Shown in pieces: positions 18,696-29,092 of a stretch of DNA of 64,000 nucleotides. Each line of letters starts with the position of its first letter. Within the stretch, counting starts at the first letter, position 1. The notes beneath the pieces are model-generated. The model did not search any database, was not told where the DNA came from, and saw only the letters and a list, made by a program, of their open reading frames with translations. This DNA comes from an uncultured Anaerolineaceae bacterium (GTDB lineage Bacteria; Chloroflexota; Anaerolineae; JAAYZQ01), in NCBI GenBank assembly GCA_964593865.1, contig CAZQKE010000135.1:9849-73848 (forward strand), read 5' to 3'. Made by a program: the position numbers and the translations under genes.

Positions 18696-21600
18696 TCAGA
18701 AGGCCCTTCCGCAATCGCCTTTTTGATCTCGGCCACCAGTTCTTGGACGGAGAGCGGCTTGACCAGGTACTGGCTGGCTCCCATTCCCAGCACCCGTACC
18801 TTATCCCGCTCCTTATCCACCGGACTGGCGGTGATGACGATGATGGGGATTGCCCGCGTATCTTCGTTCTCCTTGAGCCGCCGGATTACTTCATAGCCGT
18901 CCATACCCGGCATCTTGAGATCAAGCAGGATCAGGTCCGGCGGCGATTCCCGGACCATGTCCAATGCTTCCTGTCCGCCGGCAGCCGTCTGCACCCGGTA
19001 GCCTTGATGGGAAAGGGCTTGTTCCAAAAAGCCCCGGATGTCCGGATCGTCATCTACGACCAGCAAGGTCCGTTGCTCATCCTGCTCGCCGGGGGCCAGG
19101 GCCGTGCGGATGCTCTGCAGAAGCTTCTCTTCATCAAAGGGCTTGACCACGTAATCCACCGCCCCCAAAGCATAGCCCCTTTCCGAATCTGTCAACACAG
19201 AGACGATGATCACGGGGATCGGCGCAGTCACGGGGCTATCTTTGAGCCGCTCCAAGACGACAAAGCCGTCCAGGTCGGGGAGCATGATGTCCAGGGTGAT
19301 GAGGTGGGGCTGCTCCTCCCGCGCCAACCAGAGGGCGTCCTCACCGCTACCGGCGAGCAAGACCTGATACCCTTCTGCTTCCAACTGACGACGGAGCAAC
19401 AGGGCCAGGTCGTGATCGTCCTCCACGACCAGGATCTTTTGGCGACGGCCCACGACGAGGGATTCTTCGGTCAGCAGGTCCGGCTCTATTTCGGGAACCT
19501 CGGTCGTTACCAGGGGCAGGGTGAAGCTGAAGGTTGAGCCAACGCCCAGCTCGCTCTCCACCCAGATCTGGCCGCCCAGCATTTCGACGAACATCTTGAC
19601 GATGGACAGACCCAAGCCCGTGCCCCCCGCTTCCTCAACGACCGGATCGTCCACCCGATAGAAGCGGTCAAAGATGCGATCCAAGTCGTCTTCGCCGATG
19701 CCGATGCCGGTATCGCTCACGTTCACCTGCAAGAAGCCATCGTTGGGCTGGACGGTAATCGTCACTTTGCCGCCCGGCAAGGTGTACTGCCACGCATTGC
19801 TCACCAGGTTGGTGAGGATCTGGGTGACACGGGCAGCATCACCCCGCACTTGGGGCAGCTCATCGGGAGGCTCCCAGATGAGTTCCAGGTTCTTTTCCCG
19901 ATACTGTTCCCGGAAGGAAAGGACAACGTTGTTGATGATCTCTACCAGGTCCAGGGCCTCGATGGTCAAGCGGATGCGGCCTGTTTCAATGCGGGAAATG
20001 TCCAGAATGTCGTTGACCAGGGCCGTCAAGCGGTCGGCGTTGGTTTTGATGATCTGCAAAAAGTTGCGCTGGGTATCGGTCAGGCCACCGGCCATGCCCA
20101 GGAAGAGGAGGTCGGTATAGCCCTTGATGGAGGTCATGGGCGTCCGCAGTTCGTGGGAGACGGTGGAGATGAATTCGTTTTTCAGCCGTTCTACTTCGGC
20201 CTCACGGCTGATGTCGCGCAGGGCGGCAACCAAGCCCGGCACATCACCGACGGTTGTGATCAGCGGCGCGATGTTGACGGCCAGCACCCGTTTTTCCGCT
20301 TCCAAACGGACGGTGACGGGTTGCAAGGAGGTCGGTTCGCGCTGTGCCCGCTCCAGGTAACGCCGTAGTTCGGAATAGAGACCTCTGGCCAGTTCTCGCT
20401 GGGCCGTCGTTTCGCCCAAGCCCAACATGTGACGGAAATGTTCCCCTTCAATGGCAATTGCCGAAACACCCAGCAGCTCCTCGGCAGCAGGGTTGATGAG
20501 CAAGACCTTGCCGTTATGGTCCAAAACCAACACGCCGTCGGCAATGGATTCCAGGATGGCCCGGTTCTTGGCCGCTTCCTCCTGTTGGGATTGCAGCATG
20601 GAGCCGAGTTGATCGGCCTGTTCGGTGATGTAGGCGTAGAGATCCGAGTTGTTGACGGCGACGGCGATCTGGGCGGCGGCGGCGATGACCAGTTGTAGGT
20701 GATCTTCGGTAAAGTGGCCGACTTCGGGATGCCCCAGCGTCAGTACGCCCATGATGTCGCCCCCACCCAGGGAAAGGGGAGCCGCCACCACCGAGCGGAT
20801 AGGCAACGGACGATCCTCCACTTGGAGCCAGCGGGGGTCTTTGGTGACGTCGGGGATGAGGACCGGTTTCCGGTTCTCCAGCACCCAACCGGCCAGCCCC
20901 ACACCCCGTTTGAAGAAGGTGCGGGTTCCCCGGCGGGCTTGTTCCTCTTCCGGCCCCAAGACGGCCCGCAGGGTAAGGTAGCCGGTTTCTTGGTCCAGCA
21001 ACATGATGGTTCCGTGCCGGACATCCATGGCATCGGCAAAGAGGTGCAGGGCGTGGTCCAGCACCCGTTCCAGGTCCAGGGTGGCCCCCAGCTCGCTGGT
21101 GATACGGTAGAGGGTTTCGGCCCGGTCGCGCTCCAGGGTCAGCTGCTGAAGGGCTTCTTCCAGATCGCGGGTGCGTTCCTCAACACGGGCCTCCAGTTCG
21201 TTGCTAAAGTCCACCAACTGTTGGTAAAGCTGGGCGTTGCGCATGGCCACCGCCACCTGGGCCGCAATGGTCGTCAAGATGGACAGGTCCTCCGGGCTGT
21301 AGAGGTTCTCCCGGTCGTAGCTTTGGACGGCCATGACACCCAAGACCTGATCGGCGGCGATGATGGGAACGCCCATCCACGATTTGGCCTGCTCGCCCAC
21401 CCGCTCAATGCCGTGCTCTCGGTGGAATTCTGCGCTTTCTTCGGTAGTGCGGAAGAGGAGCGGACGACGGTTGCGAATGATGTAGCCGGTCAGCCCCTGG
21501 TAAATGCTGTAACGGGCCTGTGGTTCCGGCTCGCCGTGTTCGCGGGAAAAGGCCAACGTCCATTCTTCATCGCCCTCCTCATAGGTGGCGATGAAAAAGT

Positions 21601-24600
21601 TGGTTGTATCAAAGAGTCGCCCCACCTGCTGGTAGACGGTGTGCAACAGAGCATCCAGGTCCAAGGCGGAGCTGATGGCTTGGGCCATCTCGTTCAGGAC
21701 CGAGAGTTCGGCGATGCGCCGTTCGCGGTCGCCGAAGAGGCGGGCGTTTTGCAGGGCAATGGCCGCCTGTCCGGCAATGGTGCTCAGCAGGCGTAGGTGG
21801 CCCTCGTCATAGGCCGCTTCCCGCGTGTAGCTTTGGACGACGATGCCGCCGATGACCTGGTTTTCAATCTTCATGGGCACGCCCAACCACGAAAGGGCCG
21901 GTGTGCCGGAAGGGGTCAAGCCGTGTTCCTTATGGAAGGCATCGGTCCCGTGGGAAATGAGGATCGGTTCCCCCGTCTTGAGGAGGTAGCCCGTGAGGCC
22001 CTCGTCCGGACGGAGTGTGACAGGGGGTTGCCGTTGGCCACGTTCCACATAAAAGTCAACGCGGATCACATCCGCTTCTCGGTCATAGAGGGCAATGAAA
22101 AAGTTGTGCGTATCCAGCAATTTGCTAACGTGGGTGTAGATCAGTTCGGCCAGCGTCTCCTCATCCAACGCGCCGCTGAGGGCTTGACCGATCTCGTTGA
22201 CCGTAACCAGCTCCGCCACCTGGCGGCGGGTTTCTTGGAAGAGACGGGCGTTTTCCAGGGCCACGGCCAGCTGATCGGCGGCCATTTCCAGGGCGGCGGC
22301 ATCTTCCTCACTAAAGGCCCAGGCTTCTTCGGCCTCGGCGTGCAGCACACCGAGCACTTGGTCCCCAACCTTGATGGGGGCCGAGATGCTGGACGGAGCA
22401 GACCAATCGCCCATGTGGACGAACCGTTCATCGGCAAAGGCATCGTTTGCCACCACCGTCTCGCCGCTGGCGGCGGCAGAGCCGAGCAACCCCTGGCCGA
22501 TCTTCTGGCGGTAATCGGAGGGGAGGACGGACCAGAAGGCATCATTGGCAGCAGCAACGTACAGTTCTTGCCTTCTCTCATCCACCAAAAAGACGGCTAC
22601 ACGGGAATAGCCCAGGTTCCGGTGCAGGTCACGAACGGTGGTTTCCAACAGTTCTTGTGGTTCCAATTGGGCCGTAGCCCGCCGTCCGATCTCGTTCAGC
22701 AGGGAAAGGCGCACGGCTGCCCGCTGGGTGCTATCAAAGAGACGGGCGTTTTCCAGGGCTACGGCGGCTTGGTCGGCCAGGGTCGAAAGGAGGACCTGGT
22801 CGGTCTGGGTCAACGCGTATTTTTCCGAATGACCGGCCAACAGGACGCCCAGCAGCTTCTGCCCAACGGCAATGGGAGCCAGGAGCAAGGAACCGGCCAT
22901 CTCGGGGGCAAGGGGCAAGGGTGTAAATTCCGTCCGCTCCGTATCCGGGATCAGCAAGGATTTGCCACCGGCGGCCACCCGCCCCACGGCCCCTTCACCG
23001 GGGGCGTAGTGCCGGTCGGCGATCTGCTCTAGGTCCAGCCCATAGGCGACGACCGCCCCAAGTCGGTCATCGGGAGGCAACGGTTGGAAGATGACACTGA
23101 TATTGCAATGGAGGAGCAACTGCACCCCTCTGACCACCGTATCGAGTACCTTTTCCGGCTCAAGGGTGCGGTTCAGCCGACGCCCGATCTCGTTGATCAA
23201 GGCCAAATTGTCGGCCCGTCGCCGGGCATCGTGGTAGAGATTGGCGTTTTCAATGGCAACGGCGGCCTGATTGCCAAAGATGGCCAAGAGGTCCAAGACC
23301 TGGCGGGAAGGCCGCTTCCCATCCGCCGGATCGTCTACCGAGATCAAGCCGATCAGGCGTCCGCCCGATCCGCGCAGGGGGACCAAAAGCATGTCGTTGG
23401 GATGCCATTGGCCTTCCTTCCACTCGTCGGTGGGCGGCATAGCTACAACGGTATGCAGGTCGGCCCCCCAATCGTCCCGCCGGTCAAAGGGGAAGAAATA
23501 GCAAGGTCCCAGGCGGTACTCCTCGCGGAACAGGCGTTCATACCGCTCCACCGGCTGGCGAACGCGGGCCAGCTCCTCAAACTTGTGGAGGGGCAGACCT
23601 GCCGCGGCGACGCGGCGCAAGACCGCCCCCTTGCCGGTCCAGCCTTCGGCAACGCTGATGAGCACGACGTTGAACCCTGCCGTTTCCTGGATGGCATAGG
23701 CCACCTCTTCCAAGGCATCCTCCAGAGGCAGGTCGCTGCGCAGCTTCTGGCTGATGGTCAGCAGACGGTTCATCTGCTCCGTGCGGCGACGCAAGGCGTT
23801 GTTGCTCCGCACCTGCTCCTCAAAGCGCAGGGCGTTGCCGATGGCGATGGCAGCCTGTTCTGCCAGGGATTGAACGAAGGTCAGGCTTTGGTGGTCAAAG
23901 GCATAGGCTTCGGTATGGCGCAGCTGGATGATGCCCACTACATCGTGTTGGTAGGAGATGGGCACGGCCAGGGCGGAGAGGGTCCCTTCCTTGACGCAGA
24001 TAGGATACGATTCCCGGTCGGCATCCTCAATCAGGCGGGGCGTGCCACTGTTCAGCACCTGATAGGTGAGGCTTTCTTCGTCCGGGTGACGGAGCATCTC
24101 GCGGATGGTTTTTAGCTCCTCATCCGAATACCCACTGGCAACCCGCAATTCCAGTTGTCCCGTTTCCAGGTTCGTTAGCATCACGTTGCCGTGGGTCGCC
24201 CCCGTGGTCTGGATGGCAGCATCCAGAACCGAGTGGAGGATGGAATCCAGGCTCAAGGTGGAGTTCAGCTCCTGGGTGACGCGCTGCAAGGCGGTCAGTT
24301 CATCCAGGCGGGCCTGCAAGCTCTCGTCGGTCCGCTCATACAGGCGGGCGTTCTCCACAACGACCCCGGCCTGCCAAGCGATGGCATTCGCCAGCTGCAG
24401 CTCTTCTTTGCTGAACCTGCGCTCTTCCTGCGTCCAAAGCAAGTAGACGCCGCCGATGACTCGGTCGTGGGCGACCATCGGCGCAAAGAGGGTTGTCTTG
24501 CTGGGGAAGGCCGCCGCCGTATCGGGGTCTATACGGGGATCATGGAGCGGGTCGTTGCTGTACACCGCCTGGCGGGCCTGCCACGCTTCCTCAATGAAGG

Positions 24601-26911
24601 GATGACCGACGATGGGAATCCGGAATTCATGGTAGAGGGTTTGCTTATCATCGGGGATACGATAACCGGCCACGGCGTACATGTGCGTGCCCTGATCATT
24701 GGCCAAGTATACACCGGCCATATCCGCCCCCAGGGCACGGCACATCTCACGGGCTACGTTGCGCACCGTCTCCGTCAAATCCAGGGTGGAACCGATGGTC
24801 TCGCTTACCCGCAGGAGCAGTTGGGTGTGCTCGAACCGCCGCTGGGTTTCCTCATAGAGACGGGCGTTCTGAATGGCGATGGCCGCTTGGTCGGCTATGA
24901 TGCGCAGGGCCTCCACCTGCTCGGCAGAATAGGCGTTCACCCGGTCGCTGATCATCTCCAATGTGCCGATGAAAGAATCGGATGTTTGCAGGGGAAGGCC
25001 CACATAGGAACGCAAGGGAGCTTCTTCCGTGGAGATCTTGGGTCGGATCTCGGCAGTAGCTATATCGGGGATGATCAGCTCCCGGCGGTGACGGGCGATC
25101 CAGCCGCTGAAGCCTTCATCCAGCCGATAGAAACCACCGGTCTGGGAAGTGTAGGGCATATCGCCCGCACTGGCATAGGTGACGACCAACTGCTGTTCTT
25201 CATCCCAAAGACAGATTTCGGCAATATAGTATCCCACCAGGTCCCGAACGCGGGCCAAGATGAGGTCCAACGTTTGTTGCAGGTCCAGGTTGGCGACGAT
25301 CTCCCGCCCGATCTCGCCGATGGTCGAAAGCATCTGCACCCGCTGCCGCTGCTCCTGGAAGAGACGGGCGTTCTCTATGGCAATGCCGGCGTGGTCGGCC
25401 AAGTGTTCAATAAAGCGCAGGTCATCCTCGGTAAAGGCATCCGGTTCCGTGCTTTCCAGGTTCAGGACACCGATGACACGCCCTTCGCGCATGATGGGCA
25501 CGGCCAACTCGGAACGGGTCGTGCTCAGCATATCCACATAATCGGGATCCTGTTGCACATCGGGAACCAGTGCCGCTTCGCCGGTGCGGACGACACGCCC
25601 GATCACGCCCCGGTCCACCGACCACTTCTCGCGGACCAGGTCTTCGGCATTGTCGGGGCGCAGACCATGCCAGAACAGACGATCCAGAGATCGTCTATCC
25701 GATGAAAGGATACCGACAAAGCCGCTGCTGGCGTTGCAGGCTTCCACCGCCCGCCGGAGCACCAAACCGATGATCCGGTCCATATCCAGGGTCGCGCCCA
25801 ATTCATGATCTATTTCCTCAACCACCGCCAGCTCTTGCAGGCGCCTCTGGAGAGCCTCATCGGTGCTTTCGTAGAGACGGGCGTTCTCCAACGCCGTAGC
25901 CGCATGGACCGCAAAGGTGGAAAGCAGTTCTTGGTCTACGCCATCAAAGGGGGTATCATCCTTTTTGTTGATCACCTCCAGGACGCCGATGGGGCGGCCT
26001 CGGCTGATAAGGGGGACGCACAGGATAGAACGTGTCTGGAAGCCGGTGGCGATGTCAGGGGCGGTATACCACTTGGGATCGGAGCGGACATCGGGAACCA
26101 GGCGGCTTTCGCCGCTTCTGAACACTTCTCCGGCGATGCCCTCGCCGGGTGGGATCTTTTGTCCGAGGAGCTGCTCGGCATTGGGGCCGCGGACGACACG
26201 GAAGACCAAAGGTGCCTTTTCCGGATCGGCAGCCCTTTCATCGACCAGAAGCAAGGAACCGGCCTCGGCATTGAGCAACTCCACCGCTTTGTCCATGACC
26301 TGGTCAAGAACGATGTCCAGGTCCAATGTGGAGCTGATCGCCTGGCCTATTTCGTAGATCGTGGTCAGCTGCTGCAGGCGCAGGGCCAAGTCCTCACGGA
26401 TGCGGAGCTGACGCTTATCCATGGCAACGGCGTAGCCCACAATCAGGGTCAACGCCAAATAGACGATCAAACTTCCTGCGATGTAGGGAGAAAACGCTCC
26501 CCCACGTCCCAACCACGAATCCAAAAAGGGGAAGGTAAACAGGAGCCAAACAAACAGGTTGAGCACCAAAGCCGGCCACAGGCCGAGACGGGCAGCCAGG
26601 ATGGCAGCCAAGCCCACCCCAAAAAGGCGGATCTGGTTGCCTGCATCACCCGCCAGGTAGAGGGTCAAACCTACCAGGGCAATGTCGGCAACGCACAAGG
26701 CCAAACCGTGGTATTTCGGTTCGACAAAGCGCGGCACGCCCAGGTAAACGGCTGCGTGGACGAGCAAGATCGCTAAAATGCTCACAGCCACGGTGACGTT
26801 CCCGGAGAGCAAGGATGTCACCAAGAGGAACAGCCACCCCAGGCGCAGCATCCACAACAAGATGCTCTCTATGCGGTTGCCGGCTTCAATCGCGTTTCCG
26901 ATATTGCTCAT
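18692..26911 (-). CDS. Giant hybrid histidine kinase: TM region, about 11 GAF, PAS, HisKA, HATPase, 2 REC (~2740 aa)
   Basis: Eleven GAF-type repeats each closing in (E/Q/R/G/N)NAxL/RF-like helices, ILESIADGV PAS, VSHELRTP, NLVSNAWQY, GTGLGL, two REC domains; start ATG 26911 or TTG 26935. Confidence 0.93.
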   Translation of the reverse strand: MSNIGNAIEAGNRIESILLWMLRLGWLFLLVTSLLSGNVTVAVSILAILLVHAAVYLGVPRFVEPKYHGLALCVADIALVGLTLYLAGDAGNQIRLFGVGLAAILAARLGLWPALVLNLFVWLLFTFPFLDSWLGRGGAFSPYIAGSLIVYLALTLIVGYAVAMDKRQLRIREDLALRLQQLTTIYEIGQAISSTLDLDIVLDQVMDKAVELLNAEAGSLLLVDERAADPEKAPLVFRVVRGPNAEQLLGQKIPPGEGIAGEVFRSGESRLVPDVRSDPKWYTAPDIATGFQTRSILCVPLISRGRPIGVLEVINKKDDTPFDGVDQELLSTFAVHAATALENARLYESTDEALQRRLQELAVVEEIDHELGATLDMDRIIGLVLRRAVEACNASSGFVGILSSDRRSLDRLFWHGLRPDNAEDLVREKWSVDRGVIGRVVRTGEAALVPDVQQDPDYVDMLSTTRSELAVPIMREGRVIGVLNLESTEPDAFTEDDLRFIEHLADHAGIAIENARLFQEQRQRVQMLSTIGEIGREIVANLDLQQTLDLILARVRDLVGYYIAEICLWDEEQQLVVTYASAGDMPYTSQTGGFYRLDEGFSGWIARHRRELIIPDIATAEIRPKISTEEAPLRSYVGLPLQTSDSFIGTLEMISDRVNAYSAEQVEALRIIADQAAIAIQNARLYEETQRRFEHTQLLLRVSETIGSTLDLTETVRNVAREMCRALGADMAGVYLANDQGTHMYAVAGYRIPDDKQTLYHEFRIPIVGHPFIEEAWQARQAVYSNDPLHDPRIDPDTAAAFPSKTTLFAPMVAHDRVIGGVYLLWTQEERRFSKEELQLANAIAWQAGVVVENARLYERTDESLQARLDELTALQRVTQELNSTLSLDSILHSVLDAAIQTTGATHGNVMLTNLETGQLELRVASGYSDEELKTIREMLRHPDEESLTYQVLNSGTPRLIEDADRESYPICVKEGTLSALAVPISYQHDVVGIIQLRHTEAYAFDHQSLTFVQSLAEQAAIAIGNALRFEEQVRSNNALRRRTEQMNRLLTISQKLRSDLPLEDALEEVAYAIQETAGFNVVLISVAEGWTGKGAVLRRVAAAGLPLHKFEELARVRQPVERYERLFREEYRLGPCYFFPFDRRDDWGADLHTVVAMPPTDEWKEGQWHPNDMLLVPLRGSGGRLIGLISVDDPADGKRPSRQVLDLLAIFGNQAAVAIENANLYHDARRRADNLALINEIGRRLNRTLEPEKVLDTVVRGVQLLLHCNISVIFQPLPPDDRLGAVVAYGLDLEQIADRHYAPGEGAVGRVAAGGKSLLIPDTERTEFTPLPLAPEMAGSLLLAPIAVGQKLLGVLLAGHSEKYALTQTDQVLLSTLADQAAVALENARLFDSTQRAAVRLSLLNEIGRRATAQLEPQELLETTVRDLHRNLGYSRVAVFLVDERRQELYVAAANDAFWSVLPSDYRQKIGQGLLGSAAASGETVVANDAFADERFVHMGDWSAPSSISAPIKVGDQVLGVLHAEAEEAWAFSEEDAAALEMAADQLAVALENARLFQETRRQVAELVTVNEIGQALSGALDEETLAELIYTHVSKLLDTHNFFIALYDREADVIRVDFYVERGQRQPPVTLRPDEGLTGYLLKTGEPILISHGTDAFHKEHGLTPSGTPALSWLGVPMKIENQVIGGIVVQSYTREAAYDEGHLRLLSTIAGQAAIALQNARLFGDRERRIAELSVLNEMAQAISSALDLDALLHTVYQQVGRLFDTTNFFIATYEEGDEEWTLAFSREHGEPEPQARYSIYQGLTGYIIRNRRPLLFRTTEESAEFHREHGIERVGEQAKSWMGVPIIAADQVLGVMAVQSYDRENLYSPEDLSILTTIAAQVAVAMRNAQLYQQLVDFSNELEARVEERTRDLEEALQQLTLERDRAETLYRITSELGATLDLERVLDHALHLFADAMDVRHGTIMLLDQETGYLTLRAVLGPEEEQARRGTRTFFKRGVGLAGWVLENRKPVLIPDVTKDPRWLQVEDRPLPIRSVVAAPLSLGGGDIMGVLTLGHPEVGHFTEDHLQLVIAAAAQIAVAVNNSDLYAYITEQADQLGSMLQSQQEEAAKNRAILESIADGVLVLDHNGKVLLINPAAEELLGVSAIAIEGEHFRHMLGLGETTAQRELARGLYSELRRYLERAQREPTSLQPVTVRLEAEKRVLAVNIAPLITTVGDVPGLVAALRDISREAEVERLKNEFISTVSHELRTPMTSIKGYTDLLFLGMAGGLTDTQRNFLQIIKTNADRLTALVNDILDISRIETGRIRLTIEALDLVEIINNVVLSFREQYREKNLELIWEPPDELPQVRGDAARVTQILTNLVSNAWQYTLPGGKVTITVQPNDGFLQVNVSDTGIGIGEDDLDRIFDRFYRVDDPVVEEAGGTGLGLSIVKMFVEMLGGQIWVESELGVGSTFSFTLPLVTTEVPEIEPDLLTEESLVVGRRQKILVVEDDHDLALLLRRQLEAEGYQVLLAGSGEDALWLAREEQPHLITLDIMLPDLDGFVVLERLKDSPVTAPIPVIIVSVLTDSERGYALGAVDYVVKPFDEEKLLQSIRTALAPGEQDEQRTLLVVDDDPDIRGFLEQALSHQGYRVQTAAGGQEALDMVRESPPDLILLDLKMPGMDGYEVIRRLKENEDTRAIPIIVITASPVDKERDKVRVLGMGASQYLVKPLSVQELVAEIKKAIAEGPSE

Positions 26912-26959
26912 GAACACTACCCCCGGTTTTCCCAAAGGTCAACCGGTGGAGAGGGTTGT

Positions 26960-27856
26960 CTACAGGCCCTGCTGCGCGCGACGGCGGGCCTCCGCGGCGA
27001 CTTCGGTGATCTCGCGGATGTCGGAGAAGGGAGCGGTATCGTGCTGAATGAGGCCCACGGCCAGGGTCATCAGGGGTGCCCGCTGGGTTGTGCCGTCAGG
27101 GCCGACGACCTCAATGTAACCCCGTTCCCGGTCGCGGAAGTTGTAGAAGGTGGCGACCTCTTCACGGAAGCGTTGTTCCAACCGCTCCTTCATCTGCGGC
27201 GCGACATCGGGCGTGGTGATGATCAGGAAATCGTCACCGCCGATATGGCCGATGAAATCGTCGCCGGAGCCGAGTTCATCCACCACTTCGGTCAGCAGCA
27301 TGGCCGTAAAGCGCAGGACGTCGTCCCCCGCCACAAAGCCGTAGACATCGTTAAAGTCGTTGATGTGATTGATGCCGATATAGAGCACGGCCCAATCGTC
27401 GCGCCGCATGATCTGGCGCAGCTGATCTTCGATCAGCTTACTGCTGGGCAACCCCGTCACCGGACTGGTCAGGTTCAACCAGCCGGCCCTCCGCAACGCC
27501 CCCTGGACACGCAGCAGGAGAAGCTGCAGGTCAAAGGGTTTGGTGATATAGTCATCTGCGCCCAGTTCCAAACCGGCGATCTGGTCACTCCGCTCATCCT
27601 TCTGGGTAAGAAAGATGATGGGAATGTGGCTGGTGCGCAGGTTGGAGCGCAGACGACGGCAGACCTCGTAGCCGTTGATGTCCGGCAACATGATGTCCAG
27701 GATCACCAGGTTGGGTAGCTTACGACGACAGATCTCCAACGCCTCCTGACCTCGGGGGGCCACGATAGTTTCATAGCCCTGAGAATCAAAGTAGATGCGG
27801 AGCATGTTGGAGATGTCAAAGTCGTCTTCAACAATTAGCAGACGTCCTTTGCTCAT
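26960..27856 (-). CDS. Response regulator with (probably degenerate) GGDEF domain
   Basis: REC (EDD, ILDIMLP, KPF) plus FNDVYGFVAGDDVL and GHIGGDDF; start ATG 27856 after GGAGGT. Confidence 0.88.
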   Translation of the reverse strand: MSKGRLLIVEDDFDISNMLRIYFDSQGYETIVAPRGQEALEICRRKLPNLVILDIMLPDINGYEVCRRLRSNLRTSHIPIIFLTQKDERSDQIAGLELGADDYITKPFDLQLLLLRVQGALRRAGWLNLTSPVTGLPSSKLIEDQLRQIMRRDDWAVLYIGINHINDFNDVYGFVAGDDVLRFTAMLLTEVVDELGSGDDFIGHIGGDDFLIITTPDVAPQMKERLEQRFREEVATFYNFRDRERGYIEVVGPDGTTQRAPLMTLAVGLIQHDTAPFSDIREITEVAAEARRRAQQGL

Positions 27857-27957
27857 CCTGTTTACCTCCCTCACGTAGCGCCAGAACCTTTGCGCTATCT
27901 ATCTCTGCGGTTCATCCCCCGAACCGCCAAGATGCCAAATAGAATCTCCCTCGGCGG

Positions 27958-29040
27958 TCACCCGCCCGAACCGCCGAGACGCGCATTCCGGCGAATCCGC
28001 TCTATTTCCTCGTCGGTTACGGCCCGCTCAAAGCTGCGGAACCCGGCCAGTCGAAAGCCATGTTTGGCCGCCAATCGGGCGATCTCGTCCACCCGTTCCA
28101 GGGAGACCTCTTTGCCGATGGTATAGCTCTCATAACGGCCTTCCAGGGCCAGGACCATGGTCTCGGACATGCAGGCATAGGCTTTGCCCGGCGGAAAGCC
28201 AAAATCAAAGCCAAAATCCACATCACCGGGCACGCTCACCATCCCCCCCTCAATGACCAGGACATCATTTCGCCGCTCCACGACACGGCGGGAGACGTTA
28301 CGCGGACGGGCCACGTCGCAGACGACCGCACCGCTCTTGAGATGCTCCGGTTCCAAAAAAGGGGTGACGGCACTGGTGACGGTCAGCACGATGTCGGCTT
28401 GCCGCACCGCATCTAGCTCGGTCTGCGTTGTGGCCGTGGCCCCTTCCGCTTCAACCAACGGCTTGATCTCTTCCAAGCGACGCGGGTCGCGCCCGATAAG
28501 TATCACGTGGGGGACGCTCCGGGCGATCAGCCGGGCACACGCCTGCCCCACCGAGCCGTAGGCCCCGACCACGGCAACGGTACACTGCGCCGGATCCCGG
28601 TCCAACCGTCTGGCCCCTTCTAACGCCGCCTCTACGGCAATGGCTACGGTGTAACTATTGCCCGTCGTCACCGGGATCGAGAGGCGACGGGAAATGGTGA
28701 TCCCGGCATCCCCCACAACGGAGGTGAACGCCCCCAACCCCAGGATCTTGGCCCCCAGCTTTTCGGCCAGCCGCCCGGTTTGCACGATTTTGCGGTAGGC
28801 CGTTGCCGTCCGCACTTGGAGCATCCGCCGCGGCGTTAGAGGGCAAGCCAGCAGCCAGCCTTCAATCTCTTTGCCCGTCGCCTCCGAGCGGACGCCGACG
28901 ACATGGGAAAGATACACCGGAGGAAAGAACCGGGAGCCAAAGTCAATGATGGCTGGCGGCAGTTTGCCCAGCAACGGGTATTTGCGGGCTACATCCTTTT
29001 GTGGTTCAATGGGATGGATGATGAACGCAAAATTGTCCAT
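27958..29040 (-). CDS. Long-chain acyl-ACP reductase (AAR)-like NAD(P)-dependent oxidoreductase
   Basis: FAFIIHP, LGLGAFTS, TTGNSYT, Rossmann VVGAYGSVG, DVARPRNV, IEGG, AYACMSET (Cys equivalent to the AAR catalytic Cys). Confidence 0.75.
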   Translation of the reverse strand: MDNFAFIIHPIEPQKDVARKYPLLGKLPPAIIDFGSRFFPPVYLSHVVGVRSEATGKEIEGWLLACPLTPRRMLQVRTATAYRKIVQTGRLAEKLGAKILGLGAFTSVVGDAGITISRRLSIPVTTGNSYTVAIAVEAALEGARRLDRDPAQCTVAVVGAYGSVGQACARLIARSVPHVILIGRDPRRLEEIKPLVEAEGATATTQTELDAVRQADIVLTVTSAVTPFLEPEHLKSGAVVCDVARPRNVSRRVVERRNDVLVIEGGMVSVPGDVDFGFDFGFPPGKAYACMSETMVLALEGRYESYTIGKEVSLERVDEIARLAAKHGFRLAGFRSFERAVTDEEIERIRRNARLGGSGG

Positions 29041-29092
29041 AGCCAGACGATTCCCCGCCGGCCTCCGCCTGCTATCCCTCCATCTATCATTC

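Noticed and set aside
16146-18896. 916 aa plus-strand ORF and other long opposite-strand ORFs (e.g. 6045-7601, 12154-13935, 24191-25705, 55067-57106)
   Set aside because: Antisense shadows of motif-rich real genes in high-GC DNA; no motifs, SD or promoter support.
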